Source of the DNA: Hormiphora californensis
Taxonomy: Eukaryota; Animalia; Ctenophora
Assembly (NCBI GenBank): GCA_020137815.1
Contig: CM035352.1
Coordinates: 2,294,001 to 2,358,000, forward strand
Length of the DNA: 64,000 bases
Reading direction: 5' to 3'
Positions 1 to 13,014 of the stretch are shown here, piece by piece. The translations under genes were made by a program, and so were the position numbers. Position 1 is the first letter of the stretch. Every line of letters begins with the position of its first letter. Below the pieces are notes generated by a model. That model was not told where the DNA came from, did no database searches, and was given only the letters and a program-made list of their open reading frames with translations.

Positions 1-975
1 ATACTTCAAACAAAATCTGCAACTGATTTATGAAGCATTTTCAAATTGAAGTAAATGAAGTGAAGTATCTTCTGAGTGGACAATACTTCAAACAAAATCT
101 GCAGCTGATTGAAGTATTTCAATAGAATTTTTTAAATGAAGCAAACAACTGAAGCAAATTTTTCTGCGGTTATTACTTCTATGGTAGAAAAGTTTAACGA
201 AGCAGTATTTATTTCCGAATTATATTAGCGAAGCAATTGCCATTTGCTTCACTTTTCTGCAGTTTTTCAAAAATAAAAGTACTTCACAAAAAACACTTCA
301 CTCTATTTTTTGAAGATTGAGACACGAGACTTAGCCCATCTTGTAGATCTTTTTCTCCTGATCAAGATGGTATAAATAACTCAAAATCGCCAAAATTGCA
401 AATACTTCATTCTAAAAAAAAGGGGCAGTATTTATGCAGGTGCAAAATAAACCCGGAAATGACCGATTTCTCCATCGCGGTACCCGCGGTAAATTTTTTT
501 GGTGGTTGTAGAGACCCATTGGAGGGCCCTGGAAGTGGAATCGCTTTTAGATCAATTACTTCCTTTTTCAGCGATATATCGACGTCATATGACTAGCCTA
601 AACAGTGAACACGTGTGGGGTCGCTTTTTGTACATACCATGATAGTGTCTTCTATACGGCCCGCTACATAACAATGAGTTCATGATACTTGGTAACAAAT
701 TAAAAATATCAGAAACTTATTTTGAGTAAAAATGTAAAATATATTTACATAATATATTTGCATAAAAGCTAGCACTCTCATTCTGCTGAGCACCAAAATA
801 GACGTAATTTGATCCCATGATCTATAGCTTCCACTATGTTCCCCCACTGAAAATACATCTCAGGACACACTTTCTCAAGTCGTAAAACCTTTTATTGCAT
901 TTTACCAGGCGTTATAATGTAAAACAAAATAACGTAAAAATTCCTCCGAACACATTTACCATACAGCCTCACTCG

Positions 976-2564
976 TAGTAGAGTCGATAACTACATCAAC
1001 CTCTCCCAATTGTTCCAGTTTTTGTCACATCTGTTTGGAGCCTCGACACGACCTCTAAACAGGTGTTACTTTTTCACAAACTGTTTTCATCTTGGTGTAT
1101 AGTAGAGTCGATAACTACATCGACCTCTCCCAATTGTTCCAGTTTTTGTCACATCTGTTTGGAGCCTCGACACGACCTCTAAACAGGTGTTACTTTTTCA
1201 CAAACTGTTTTCATCTTGGTGTAATCAGCATTTGAAATGTTGCTGATCATAACAAAAACCTAACTATTTTTTTTCAACTTGGGGTAAAACCATGGGTGTC
1301 AAAAGTTAGCTCTAGGTCCCCTGAGTAACCATCCGGAGACTCTAAGAGATATTTCAAGCCGTTCTCCCGTAATCATTAATCCCGGTGGAGAAAAAAATAC
1401 AATGCGGACGTACGTGAGCGCTGGCAGGCTGTTTACATGTTATTGTATGTCTCTCACTCTCTCTGGAAAAACCGCACGTGCGGTTGCGCCGCGCGAGATA
1501 ACTCTTTCTCAAGGGGGAGAAAAGAGAGAGACGCACATTAACGTTATACATTAAAGTTGAGGTTGTAGGCAATTGCACGTACGTCCATACTCAAATATGT
1601 GCTCTACCGGGATTAATGATTACAGGAGAACGGCTGGAAATATCTCTTAGAGTCTCCGGATGGTTACTCAGGGGACCTAGAGCTAACTTTTGACACCCAT
1701 GGTTTTACCCCAAGTTGAAAAAAAATAGTTAGGTTTTTGTTATGATCAGCAACATTTCAAATGCTGATTACACCAAGATGAAAACAGTTTGTGAAAAAGT
1801 AACACCTGTTTAGAGGTCGTGTCGAGGCTCCAAACAGATGTGACAAAAACTGGAACAATTGGGAGAGGTCGATGTAGTTATCGACTCTACTAGTAATCAG
1901 CAGTTGAAATGTTGTTAATCATAACAAAAACCGAACTATTTTTTTTCAACTTGGGGTAAAACCATGGGTGTCAAAAGTTAGCTCTAGGTCCCCTGAGTAA
2001 CCATCCGGAGACTCTAAGAGATATTTCAAGCCGTTCTCCTGTAATCATTAATCCCGGTAGAGCACATATTTGAGCATGGACGTACGTGCAATTGCCTACA
2101 ACCTCAACTTTAATGTATAACGTTAATGTGCGTCTCTCTCTTTTCTCCCCCTTGAGAAAGAGTTATCTCGCGCGGCGCAACCGCACGTGCGGTTTTTCCA
2201 GAGAGAGTGAGAGACATACAATAACATGTAAACAGCCTGCCAGCGCTCACGTACGTCCGCATTGTATTTTTTTCTCCACCGGGATTAATGATTACGGGAG
2301 AACGGCTTGAAATATCTCTTAGAGTCTCCGGATGGTTACTCAGGGGACCTAGAGCTAACTTTTGACATCCATGGTTTTACCCCAAGTTGAAAAAAAATAG
2401 TTCGGTTTTTGTTATGATCAACAACATTTCAACTGCTGATTACACCAAGATGAAAACAGTTTGTGAAAAAGTAACACCTGTTTAGAGGTCGTGTCGAGGC
2501 TCCAAACAGATGTGACAAAAACTGGAACAATTGGGAGAGGTCGATGTAGTTATCGACTCTACTA
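976..2564. mobile_element. Non-autonomous TIR DNA transposon (Academ-like), outer copy, interrupted by a second copy of itself
   Basis: Termini TAGTAGAGTCG...CGACTCTACTA and ~285-bp TIRs. 3-bp TSD TCG at 973-975 and 2565-2567. Length is 793 bp after removing the inner copy and its TSD. TAG...CTA ends with a 3-bp TSD fit Academ (family call is inference). Confidence 0.85.
1100..1892. mobile_element. Non-autonomous TIR DNA transposon (Academ-like), inner 793-bp copy in opposite orientation
   Basis: Same termini; TIRs ~1100-1386 and ~1606-1892; TSD GTA at 1097-1099 and 1893-1895. The spacer is the reverse complement of the outer spacer, which explains the twin 74-aa ORFs. Confidence 0.9.
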
Positions 2565-2841
2565 TCGCTACCTCGTGACGCAAATCGTAAAATATATTTT
2601 CTTTACGGTTCCATTATAATGGTACCGCTAGTTTGCAACAACAAAAATAACGCAGAGGTTTCTTTTTTAACGGGGCCCTCTCCTAGTTAAATAGTTGCTC
2701 AACCGTAGTACATGTAGTCCAACCTCTAATATACCGGAATGCTCTATCTACCATGTATGTAATAACCCTTCCCCCGATTAGTAGTAGCGATCTGAGGCTA
2801 CAAGTAAACCATCCCCTGAGGAATCCGGTAAATCTAGGTTT

Positions 2842-2950
2842 CATGAACCGACCGAATCAGGAAATACTGGTCCCTGATTGGCTGATAACCAGTCACGTGA
2901 CCTAAATAACGAGTTCTGATTGGTTGTTTACTTGTTTCGGTCGGTTCCTG
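2842..2950. mobile_element. 109-bp MITE-like dispersed repeat (CAGGAACCGACCGA-type termini), copy 1
   Basis: Terminal inverted repeats. Near-identical to 55796-55904 and to the internally deleted inverted copy at 27234-27308. Confidence 0.8.
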
Positions 2951-3049
2951 CTAGGTTTGACTATCTTGATAAATCGTGTCAATCTAGCTCTGCTTTTGAA
3001 ATGATTGTCTTCCACATTTCACACATCGTTATATGTATCATCCTCAGCT

Positions 3050-3764
3050 CTACCTCGTACTGGTATTACGGCGGTTTGTTGTTCGTAGACTCTTCCCAGT
3101 TTCAAGGGCTCCCATCAACTTCAAAAGCTCCTTGGTGTCCCCCTCGTGGGTCCGAGTGTGTGGTGTGGCGTCCATCCAACTATCTCTTACACCCTTTATC
3201 ATATCTGGGGGGGGGGGTTAATTAATTAATTATTTAATTAGGAAATTGATATTTTAAACTGGGGAAATATGTAATAGATTGGTGAATCTTTACATAGGTG
3301 CTTCTATAATCGTCTATAACACTGCAGCAGTGGAATAAATCGGACCCGTCACCCGACTGCTGATAGTATATCTCATACTTATATTTTGTGAGTTTTCTGT
3401 GAGTTTTCTGTTTCATACAACATATATTCTCTGCTATATTTTTGTCAAGGTGTTATTACCAAGGTGTTATTATCCCCAACCCGGGTCTCTATCTTCTCAA
3501 TCTCTTGATTGTATTGCACAATTTTAATTGTAAAATTTTCATGAGCGCTAGTAAGTCTCTCTTTTTCTATCTCGATTTCACAATATGATTCACAATATGC
3601 TTTTATCAACTAATCAGTAATCATGATTAAGAATCAGTGATCATGATAGTGGTTAATCACTATCCTCTACTTACTGGACATTTCCATAGATAGGTTGTTA
3701 AGATCGCAAATCTGTTGCTGGATGACTTGATCGGGCATTGAATTTACCTGAAATAGTGAGATTT

Positions 3765-3852
<88 letters not shown>

Positions 3853-4719
3853 GAGAGATGGAGAGAGATGGAGAGAGACTCTACAGCCTAGCTTTTAATG
3901 CAATTTTTCTAGTGTCTCCTCCCATCTATATCTAAAGTAAAATTTGACATAGTTAATTTGAGACTGGTGCATTAAATCCTCAATGTCTCTAGTTTAAGTA
4001 CAGTTATTCTGTGACGTCAATGACCCGTCCAGGCTCGTAGTTTAGTGGTTTAAACCAGATGCCAGAGTCTACCCTGCTAATATTGAGCACCCTTTAGTGG
4101 TTATATGTGTTGTCTAGTTGAATATAACAGCTTACCTCGGCGTTGATATCTTGTTCGTATTTCTCGATATCTGGATCTAGTTTGGTTCGGAGGTAGTTGG
4201 GAATGGAGTCCGGTGGTAGGCATGGAATTCGGCCAGCTGTTAGTTGTTCCAGTGTTGCATCATGCCCTACTGTCATTAGTGGAAGGAGAACTAGATTCTG
4301 TAGCTCTGGTGTCTAGGAAGGAGGGATAGGAGTAGTTATGATGTTTGGTTGAACATGGTTGTCTAGAAGCTAAGATAACGCAAATCGCCACCTTAATGCC
4401 AATATGCCCAACTTCACCTCTTCCTTCGTCAAGACTTTGTGTAAGTTGCTGAGTTGGCCAGAAAGAGTTGTAAAGTTCTCACTGACATCCGGCCACAGGA
4501 CACCCCCAGAATCCAACTTCGTTATAAACGTTTGAAGGGAACTTTTTACCTGTATGTGGAATACTAAATTAATGTTTCTTAAATCTCTAGTATTATATCT
4601 CTCCTCTCAGACATTAATATGATATTTCTTATATCTGATTTCTATGAACACCATCATTGGTGGTCCACCAAAATTTCAGACACCTTGGGTTAAATGATTT
4701 TAAGCTTTACTTTTTGCTG

Positions 4720-4772
<53 letters not shown>

Positions 4773-5068
4773 TGAGGAAACGAGAGATAAAATGTTCCAA
4801 GAAATGGTCACGATTCTCAATAGCATACCAACAATAGTATAAAATATATTAGACAATTTTAACCGGTTATCTAAGTTTTCACAGTACACCGTTTCAGGTG
4901 GTTAAAGTGTACTGTGAAATTTTAGACCACTGCAAAAACACTAGTAATTATAAAGTAAAATACCGCTGCAGTGGTATGTGAAAAATTAAACACTTTCTAG
5001 TCACACGCACACAGTGTGAACATTACAAACATTACAAACTGAGTGAACGGGATAAAGATTAAGTGAGT

Positions 5069-5148
<80 letters not shown>

Positions 5149-5317
5149 GTGTGTGTGTGTGAGAGAGAGAGATAGGAAAAGAGAGAATCGAAGGCAGAGA
5201 GGGAAAGCAGATGCAGGACGCTCATTGGTGTGGTGCCATCACGTGACCTATAGTTGCAGAGGGGAAGAAAAGATAAGGGTTAGGGCGTGTGCATTGTGCA
5301 GTAGTGACTACTGCACA

Positions 5318-5366
<49 letters not shown>

Positions 5367-5877
5367 TTCTCTTTCTCTCTCTCTCTCTCACTCAATCTTT
5401 ATCTCTGTCACTCAGTTTGTTTCCAAAATCATCTAATAAAATTAGATGACTGCTTTTACATGCTCTATTACACAACAATAATGTTAAAGATTCTTTCACT
5501 TTTAGGCCTCGCAGGCTCGGCCCAAAAGTACAACTACAGAGCTCGCAGGCTCGCTCAGTAGTTACACTTAGCGTGCCTCGCAGGCTCGGCAGCTAAGTAA
5601 AAGGATCTACCTCGACCTGTCGGTCTCGGTTCATTATTGTTGTATTTAGAGCACTCGGCCTTCGGCCTCGTGCACTAAAAAGTAATAGACCATTTTAACC
5701 AGTCATCTAATCATATATTATTCTTCGTTGCCTCACAATTTAATTCGTTTCATATTTCTTGAGTCGCTTGAAACTGTTTATTTTTAGAACAAAAACAACT
5801 CAACATATATTTCTTACCCCGTTCACGCGTTGCAAGACTTGTGTGAGAGCATTGCTCACCTCCTTGGAACCATCCAT
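3050..5877 (-). CDS. MED8: Mediator of RNA polymerase II transcription subunit 8 (5 exons, 198 aa)
   Basis: Exons 5877-5818, 4549-4418, 4312-4136, 3747-3675, 3204-3050, all GT-AG and phase-consistent. Translation [96 protein letters not shown] matches Med8 motifs. Confidence 0.9.
3767..3878. repeat. (GA)n microsatellite in MED8 intron
   Basis: Near-pure GA dinucleotide run; similar runs at 4722-4769, 5063-5172 and 5321-5390. Confidence 0.95.
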
Positions 5878-6069
5878 TCTTAGAACTAATAAAAGTTGTT
5901 TTAACTTTAATATAGTCAGATCTCACCCAGGAAAAAGCATTTCTAGAGTTTTTTCAGGCAAAGTTTTCAAAACATGAATTCAATCAAAAACATCAAAGAT
6001 CTCCAGCTACTTATATGTACTGCAGTTGTCTCTCTTCCGATAAAATTAATAACACACGTGCATTCCGCT

Positions 6070-8519
6070 ATCATTTCCAAATAACGCCGCCGTCCTTACG
6101 ATGAGCTTTTCAGTAAGAGTTCCTAAGAAAGTCAACTCGTCACACTCGTATTGCATCAATGAGAATTTAAGGATTCGTTCCCGTGATCATTCAGAGAAAG
6201 TGATCACATCTCGTCTGTTTTACTGGTCCCGTCCACATTTCGAACTTTGCGAAAGGTTTGACAATGCTAGCTCAACGTGTAAGATGTCATAGAGAAAGAA
6301 GGAGAGTTTTGAGGACAATAGTCAAGATACAGTACGAGTAATTTCGAGTAAGAGACAATGCACATCCGCTTTTGGTACGCTCGATCACTAATTGTAATTT
6401 TCACTGCAGAAAAGATTCGTGTGTCAAAGAAGGAGAAGGAAAGAGGGTGGCAGAAGCGAAGTCATCAGGTAACGTAGCATGCAATGGGTAGAAGTGTTTA
6501 TTTCACATGTCGATCAATAAGGAGAAGTGCATCACTTTTGTCACGCGGATTTAATCGTTTACTCAATGTGACAATGCAAGGAGTAAAAGAATAGAGAGAA
6601 GACGATTACTAGGTAGACGTACGAAGGTAAGAGAGAGAAGAGAAGAGAAAGAGAGAGAGAGAATAGGAGAAGAGTAAGCAGATGAAAGAGGGTAGTGAAT
6701 AGAGATGAGCAGATGAAGAGAATAAGAGAGATGAATAGGAGTCACCCGCTGAGCGTTTGTTGAGTTCGTATCGTCACTACGACGAATGACATGAGTATTT
6801 AAACTGTATTCTCAATGCAGACAGGTCACGGAAGGGGGTAAAACGAGAGGAGGGAAGAGACATAACGAGGTAGAGAGAGAAAATAAAGACAACGTCTGAA
6901 CATGAGGAAGGGAGTCAGGATAGCAACTATTCTATTATGTAGTTCAACATGTAGAGTCATTTAGAGAGTTTTTCAAATGTTCTAAAAAGGTGGGGAGGGG
7001 GTGAAAGAGGGTCGAGCAAGGCATTAGTCAAGTGCGGGAGATAACATAGGGTTCGTAGATCTTGGGCACCTATAACTGTCAGGCCATTGCTCTGACAGGG
7101 CACCTGTGTTCCTAACACATATCTCAAAATACTCGAGTTAGCATTATGTGTTGATAGCTCCGATTGAGATTATTATATGCTTTGACATCACCGATGTCGC
7201 CTTTTAGTCTAGCTTTAACTGTCACTATTGGTAATTTCCAATACCCTTGTACGAAAGCTTTATACTGAGTTTCCAGTATGGACTCCTAACAAGATGTAAC
7301 TTAGTTTACCTGTTTTGTCTAGCTAGACTGTAAAGGAGGGTTAGAACATAACAATACCTGTTATAGTCTGAAAGCAGTTCAAAGTGAACTTCTCCGTATG
7401 TAGTTCTTGTATACCGGAGCTCTGTTCAACGGGGGATATCTTGGCAGCAATTGCGAAAAGAGAATGGAAAATACTTGCCAACATCAGCTTCTCGTTTGCA
7501 CTTGCTTTCGTCCTAAAATGCAGGGCTGTGATAGATACATTTAATACCACTCGTAGATCGTACATCTTTGAGAGGTACAATTTAAATCAGTAAATATTCA
7601 TCGCTTCGGGGACTGGTATGTTATTTAGTTAAACTGCTTTATTTATAATATTATCATCAGATCAGATCAGCCAAGAGAGATGCTATCGACTGCTATACAT
7701 ATTCAGTACTGCAGGGTTTTGACAATATTGTTACTCGCCGATTAGAGAGTACAAGAGAAGATCGCGAAGCCAGACAAAACTTTAAATATTTCAATAATAA
7801 GTAGTTTCAATGAATAATATTCATGATGTTTGAGGTTGGTTAAAGTGTACTGCTATATGAATATTCGTTTTGGTTATATTCATTTAAAGCACTTAGTGTT
7901 GTTCGCATCTAAGTGCTCAACGCTATTAATTTATCATTCGTTGACTATCTTTCCCCAACTTAGGCATCTTTTGATTTCCAAGAATTACAAATTCCTAGAA
8001 GTTTATATCGCAATTTAAACCAGAGAACAAGCCAATGTTGCATAACTCTGTTTGGTATGGGTTTGATGGTTCATTTCAATTAAATGCCGGTATGATATTT
8101 TATCGGATAGTCTAACCACGTACATTTATTCTATAGTATCGGACGCCCTGCAACTCCCCATTCCATAAACCATATTGCATCATACAACTTGTGCAGTCTG
8201 CTGTAACTTGTAAAGCTTACCTCCCGAAAGATAAACTTAGAGGATAACTGGTAGGGTCGTTGATGATTTCCAAGATAGGTTGATCATTTCCTGTGTAGAG
8301 GCCAGTAACAGGTTGCCTGTTGACTGCAATAACAGACATTCCTGGTTTCACATTTCCTGATGCCCCAAACTTGACAAGAACCTTGCCGGTATCCGCTGTT
8401 AGGACAAGAGGGATCGGGTGGGCTGGAAAAGTGACCTCCTCCTCAGGCTTGTTTGATGCAAAATCTTCATCATAGATTCGCCCGCCAGCCTTGTTGATTA
8501 TGTATACCGAATATATCAT
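6070..8519 (-). CDS. TRAPPC4: Trafficking protein particle complex subunit 4 (synbindin/Trs23)
   Basis: Exon 1 8519-8221 ([16 protein letters not shown]..., PDZ-like insert) and exon 2 7512-7358 ([40 protein letters not shown]) are clean. The last two exons survive only as indel-garbled traces at ~6403-6276 (DYVLKNPF..DMPIR-like) and ~6145-6070 (CDEFD-like), so the 3' coordinate is approximate. Confidence 0.85.
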
Positions 8520-8736
8520 CTTACATTATAGCTAAATACAGTATGGGGGTTTAGATGGCTGATGGGTTTAAATGTGACCCGTACTGATTAATACTGAAAA
8601 AGCTATCCCACAATCACTCAAAAAATCAGCTGCGACTAAGTTCCACAACTCATTCATCTGTAGAAAGGCATCATTTTCAGACGCTCCCAGTAGATAATAT
8701 CAGCCGATCCTTTGATTCGTTTTCATAATTGCCCAG

Positions 8737-9037
8737 AGGCCAGAATTGACTTTGCATTAAATTTGACTTACAGCAGCTCCATTTCTAAGCACTCTTAGAA
8801 TAGGGTAAACTGGGGCACTTTGGTCAAAGGGCAAAGTGGCACATGTATGGGGCAAATCGGTCCTTAGAATAACGTGCGTCACGTGACTTTTTTCTCCAGC
8901 GGAGACCTGCTCGTTCTGTTCCGAATTTTTGCTTTAAAACTGCTGTATTTAATTTCTGTTTAAGTTGACCGAGGCCAGAATTGACTTAGCATTAATTTTG
9001 ACTTACAGCAGCTCCATTTCTAAGCACTCTTAGAATA
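8737..9037. repeat. ~66-bp direct repeat pair upstream of TRAPPC4
   Basis: GAGGCCAGAATTGACTT...AAGCACTCTTAGAATA at 8737-8801 and 8971-9037. Confidence 0.75.
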
Positions 9038-9229
9038 CACTAGTTAAATAGATTCCAGGCTGTTTTTTCGCTCGGCATTCTACGCAGTCAGTAGTACGCT
9101 AGTCGCCACAGCCCGGCGTAGTTGCTGTTAAAAACGAGTGCTCCAAGAATTTCTTCGCGAAGTTTTCAAAAGAGGGATCCCTAAAAAAGTTCAGTATTTA
9201 CACAGAGTTTACACAGTCTTTACACAGTC

Positions 9230-9381
9230 ATGAGGCCCCTCGGAAATGTTCAAGTCATGCACAATCAAGTCACGCCCACCAATCACAGCTCAGAACGCGC
9301 GAAGCACTCCACGCGTTCTGAGCTGTGATTGGTGGGCGTGACTTGATTGTGCATGACTTGAACATTTCCGAGGGGCCTCAT
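9230..9381. mobile_element. Palindromic MITE (ATGAGGCCCCTCGG family)
   Basis: Near-perfect ~70-bp inverted arms with a short spacer; sister copy at 32904-33064. Confidence 0.8.
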
Positions 9382-9382
9382 T

Positions 9383-9537
9383 AATGTCCATTTTTTTTCA
9401 ACTGTTCACCCCCCAAAGTCGTGCGCGGAATTGTTTTGCGCGTTTATCACATGTTAACGTGTAGCGCGCGCAGCGTAAATTAAAATATCGCACGCGCACG
9501 AGTTGAGGGGTGAACAGTTGAATAAAAATGGACTTTA
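9383..9537. mobile_element. Palindromic MITE
   Basis: AATGTCCATTTTTTTTCAACTGTTCACCCC...GGGGTGAACAGTTGAATAAAAATGGACTTT inverted arms. Confidence 0.65.
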
Positions 9538-10595
9538 GTCGGAGATAAGAAGTTTATTTTAAATTTTTGAATTTAATTCCGAAAATATCAAATTTGACTT
9601 AAACGCGGCGCGTTTTATATTTGCGCGTGTCCAATGTTCGCGCTAAATCTCCATTGTTGAAATTTTAGCGCGCGACGCGAAGTCCTACTGAAGACATGCG
9701 GGACCAGAACATAACACGGTTAGGAGAGTACAGTATTTTGTGAGACAACTTCGGCCTCGAGCTTGTAAAGGTTACACATGACACTCGACATTATACTAAA
9801 CTAAGAGATATAATCCATTAATCCCTTCGATTGATTATTCAACAGATCCAGTAGTGCTATTTTGAAAGGGGCCACAATACAGGTAGCCTATATAGTGTCT
9901 TCCTAGTTCCTAGAACTGTTTTGTGGCCCCTTTCAAAATGATAGTGTTCCCATGAACATGAACATGAACGCCTTTTAATTTCATTATTTCAATTTTGGGC
10001 CCATTGGAAATGAAGTAGAGCTCGTTTCACAATAGAGCCACATGGCTATCACTACTACAAAATGAACTGCAATTGCTACAGCAGCTGGGTTTATCACTAG
10101 TACAGTGTTATACTAGCTGTACATATGTAATCAGTGCGATTAATTTCAATTGCTGTACCAATATTACTGGATATAGTCTGGTGGTAAAGTATCAGCTCTA
10201 AGCTAGTCTCCTCAGACTCTATAATAGAGTATATTCTCTATTCTCTGTTCTCTAGAATATACGAGTATTTTATCGTCTAGATGATCCAATCAAATCAAGA
10301 TTAAATATATCCGTATTTAGACGACTGTTGCACAACTCCCTTGACACCCACCATCCCCAGCCCACCTGTGCACCACAATGACGAGGCCCTGCGTAATGTA
10401 CATGATATACAGTACCACCGTGTAGCAGCTTGATTTTAGTTGTGTACTAACTACCCGGTCACACCCCCCCCCTCTTTGCATAAAATTCTTTTAGGGGAAC
10501 CACGTGGGTTTTCTAAGAAAAATCAATCACTTCTCTGTTTGCGATAAGTGGTTGTTATCAAGGCTCAAGCTGCAGTTTTTGATTCGATTTCATAT

Positions 10596-10822
10596 TAAAG
10601 TCGGATTTTTTGAAACTGTCACCCCCCTGAAATAACAAAATTTGCCATATCTCCGGTTCCTGATAAGATAGAGACTTGAAATTTGGAGGTTCGGAAGAAC
10701 TTAGCAAGATCTTCGTAACCTCCAAATTTCAAGTCTCTATCTCGTCAGGAACCGGATTTATGGTCATTTACGAAATTTGAAAATACCCAGGGGGGTGACA
10801 GTTTCAAAAAAATCCGACTTTA
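10596..10822. mobile_element. Palindromic MITE (TAAAGTCGGATTTTTTGAA family), copy 1
   Basis: Long inverted arms spanning the whole element; TA flanks. Confidence 0.8.
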
Positions 10823-11011
10823 ATTTCGATGCAACATTGCACTTGCAGCAATCCCTATGTTTTATTGTTGCAATTTATAGAACTCTTAAAAAAGTTGAAG
10901 ACAGTGCAGTTATTACATCCATACATACTACCGACTACATAGTATGTTACCTCCTCTGCTTTGTAGTTTTTGATAGTTTTTGCATGTAATTTTTTAGAAT
11001 TCGATTAATCC

Positions 11012-11290
11012 TAAAGTCGGATTTTTTGAAGTTGTAACCCCCCCCCCCTGGGAGGCGCGCGAGTTTTTATTTGCACGTCAGAAACGTGTGGGAGACTTGT
11101 TTTGGCTCTCACGCCTTTGTTTCTTGACCAATTTCGTCAAACAAAAATTTTACGGACTCACAAAATAATGCTCTTTCCGATGATATGCGGTTTTTTGCCG
11201 AAAAGTGAGAGCAAGTGTGGGCTGTGACGCGCAAATACGACGACGCCCGTGAAAGGGGGGGGGGTGACAACTTCAAAAAATCCGACTTTA
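11012..11290. mobile_element. MITE sharing the TAAAGTCGGATTTTTTGAA termini, different interior
   Basis: ~35-bp TIRs matching 10596-10822. Confidence 0.75.
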
Positions 11291-11404
11291 TTCCCTTATA
11301 GTTATGATCACAGCCGTTGAGGAATCAGGCAGACGTATAATGTACATAGATAAAAATAATCTTGCTACCCCCATCGGCCATCACCTTTCTAGTGATTTTT
11401 TCAA

Positions 11405-11642
<238 letters not shown>

Positions 11643-12603
11643 TTCATTCTTGCTAAGGGCGGTAATGACGCAGGACCGTGTTTGGATAGACCGATTGTGC
11701 TAAACAAACACTAGAACTACGTCGTGATGCACCTGTGTATATCACAACCAGCCGTGATGTAAACACACACACATGTGTGCTGGGTGAAATATAGCATGTT
11801 AAATGCTGCATCAATATCAGAAAGTTGATGAACATTATATCGGCTGTTAATTACCATTTACCGTCAATCGAACACAGAGGGGGAAAATTGAGTAGAAATC
11901 ATGTATCTATGAAATTAGACCTTTTCCAAAATATGTCTATGTAAATTCTTCTTATCGGGAGTTAATCCTGTTTATTAGATGAACAAGGAGTTGTGTAATA
12001 ACCGCTTATATCCAGCAGAGCGGAAATGACAATACCAAATGATTTGAAGATTTTTAGTTTTATTCCAACTGTGTAGCCACTAGCCGGAGAAATCACATAC
12101 GAAAAAGTTTCGCAAGCCTTTTATAATTTATATACCCTGCTAACTTAAATAACCCGCCAGCGGCGAGAAGTCCCACTGGCGCGCTCTCAATATACAGCCA
12201 GTCCAGCGGCAGATTATTTCCCACTGGCTGGCTGTTTATTATTAACTCCTATGTTACATTCAAAGTGTGTGTAAATGATCAGTTCTTACTGAAATACAGA
12301 GGGAACACTGTTTGCAAGAGTTACACACTGCATTGGAGAGAAAGAAACAACACATTCCGTCAATTTCTCTCTCTTTATCTCCCCTTTTGTTTCACTATCT
12401 CAATTCCTCTGTGTTATGTCTGGCATGCCCCATATCTTGTTATTTCTTTCTCTCTCTCCTTAGTAACTGTTACCAAACAATATACACTCAATTGAGAGAT
12501 GTTTTTGACTGTTTCTCAGTTCTCTTTGTGTGTTTTGATTAGTGTTCTCTCTCTTGTTAGTGTGTAATACTTGAAACAAACAACTAAAGCAGGGTATATA
12601 ACC

Positions 12604-12791
12604 CATAAACTCTGACCAATGGCACGTTATTGGTTTAAACCCCTCCGCCTCTCCCTCGGCTACGCCTCAGGATCGTCGTCGTGATTTAAACCAGTTTATC
12701 CGCCACTGGCGGATAAACTACAGCTACCTTCTCCCAGCGGCGCGCTGGGAGAAAGGTATCTGAAATAACGTGCCAGTGGCCAGAGTTTATG
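12604..12791. mobile_element. MITE with ~27-bp TIRs just upstream of the LINE
   Basis: CATAAACTCTGACCAATGGCACGTTAT...ATAACGTGCCAGTGGCCAGAGTTTATG with internal hairpins. Confidence 0.6.
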
Positions 12792-13014
12792 CCTCATATA
12801 TGAAAATTAATTCGCTGCCTCTGAGCATCAATAGCTTTCATATATTTAAATTCTAATAGAGTTTTATAAAAGCAGCTTATTAAGCTTGACATAATTCACA
12901 GCCCTTTTAAATTCAACTGTCCTGAAGTTTCAAACTTTTCAACACTACTTTAAACAAATTAATTTGAGCGCGCGGCGGCGTCGTGTGTCTCAATTCCCTT
13001 GTAGGCTCTAGCCT

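Noticed and set aside
1354-2310. Two identical 74-aa ORFs on opposite strands
   Set aside because: They are the spacers of the two nested transposon copies, with non-ATG starts and no protein features.
5900-7100. TRAPPC4 3' exons look frameshifted (pseudogene?)
   Set aside because: The whole interval is indel-noisy while exons 1-2 are pristine; sequencing error is more likely than gene decay.
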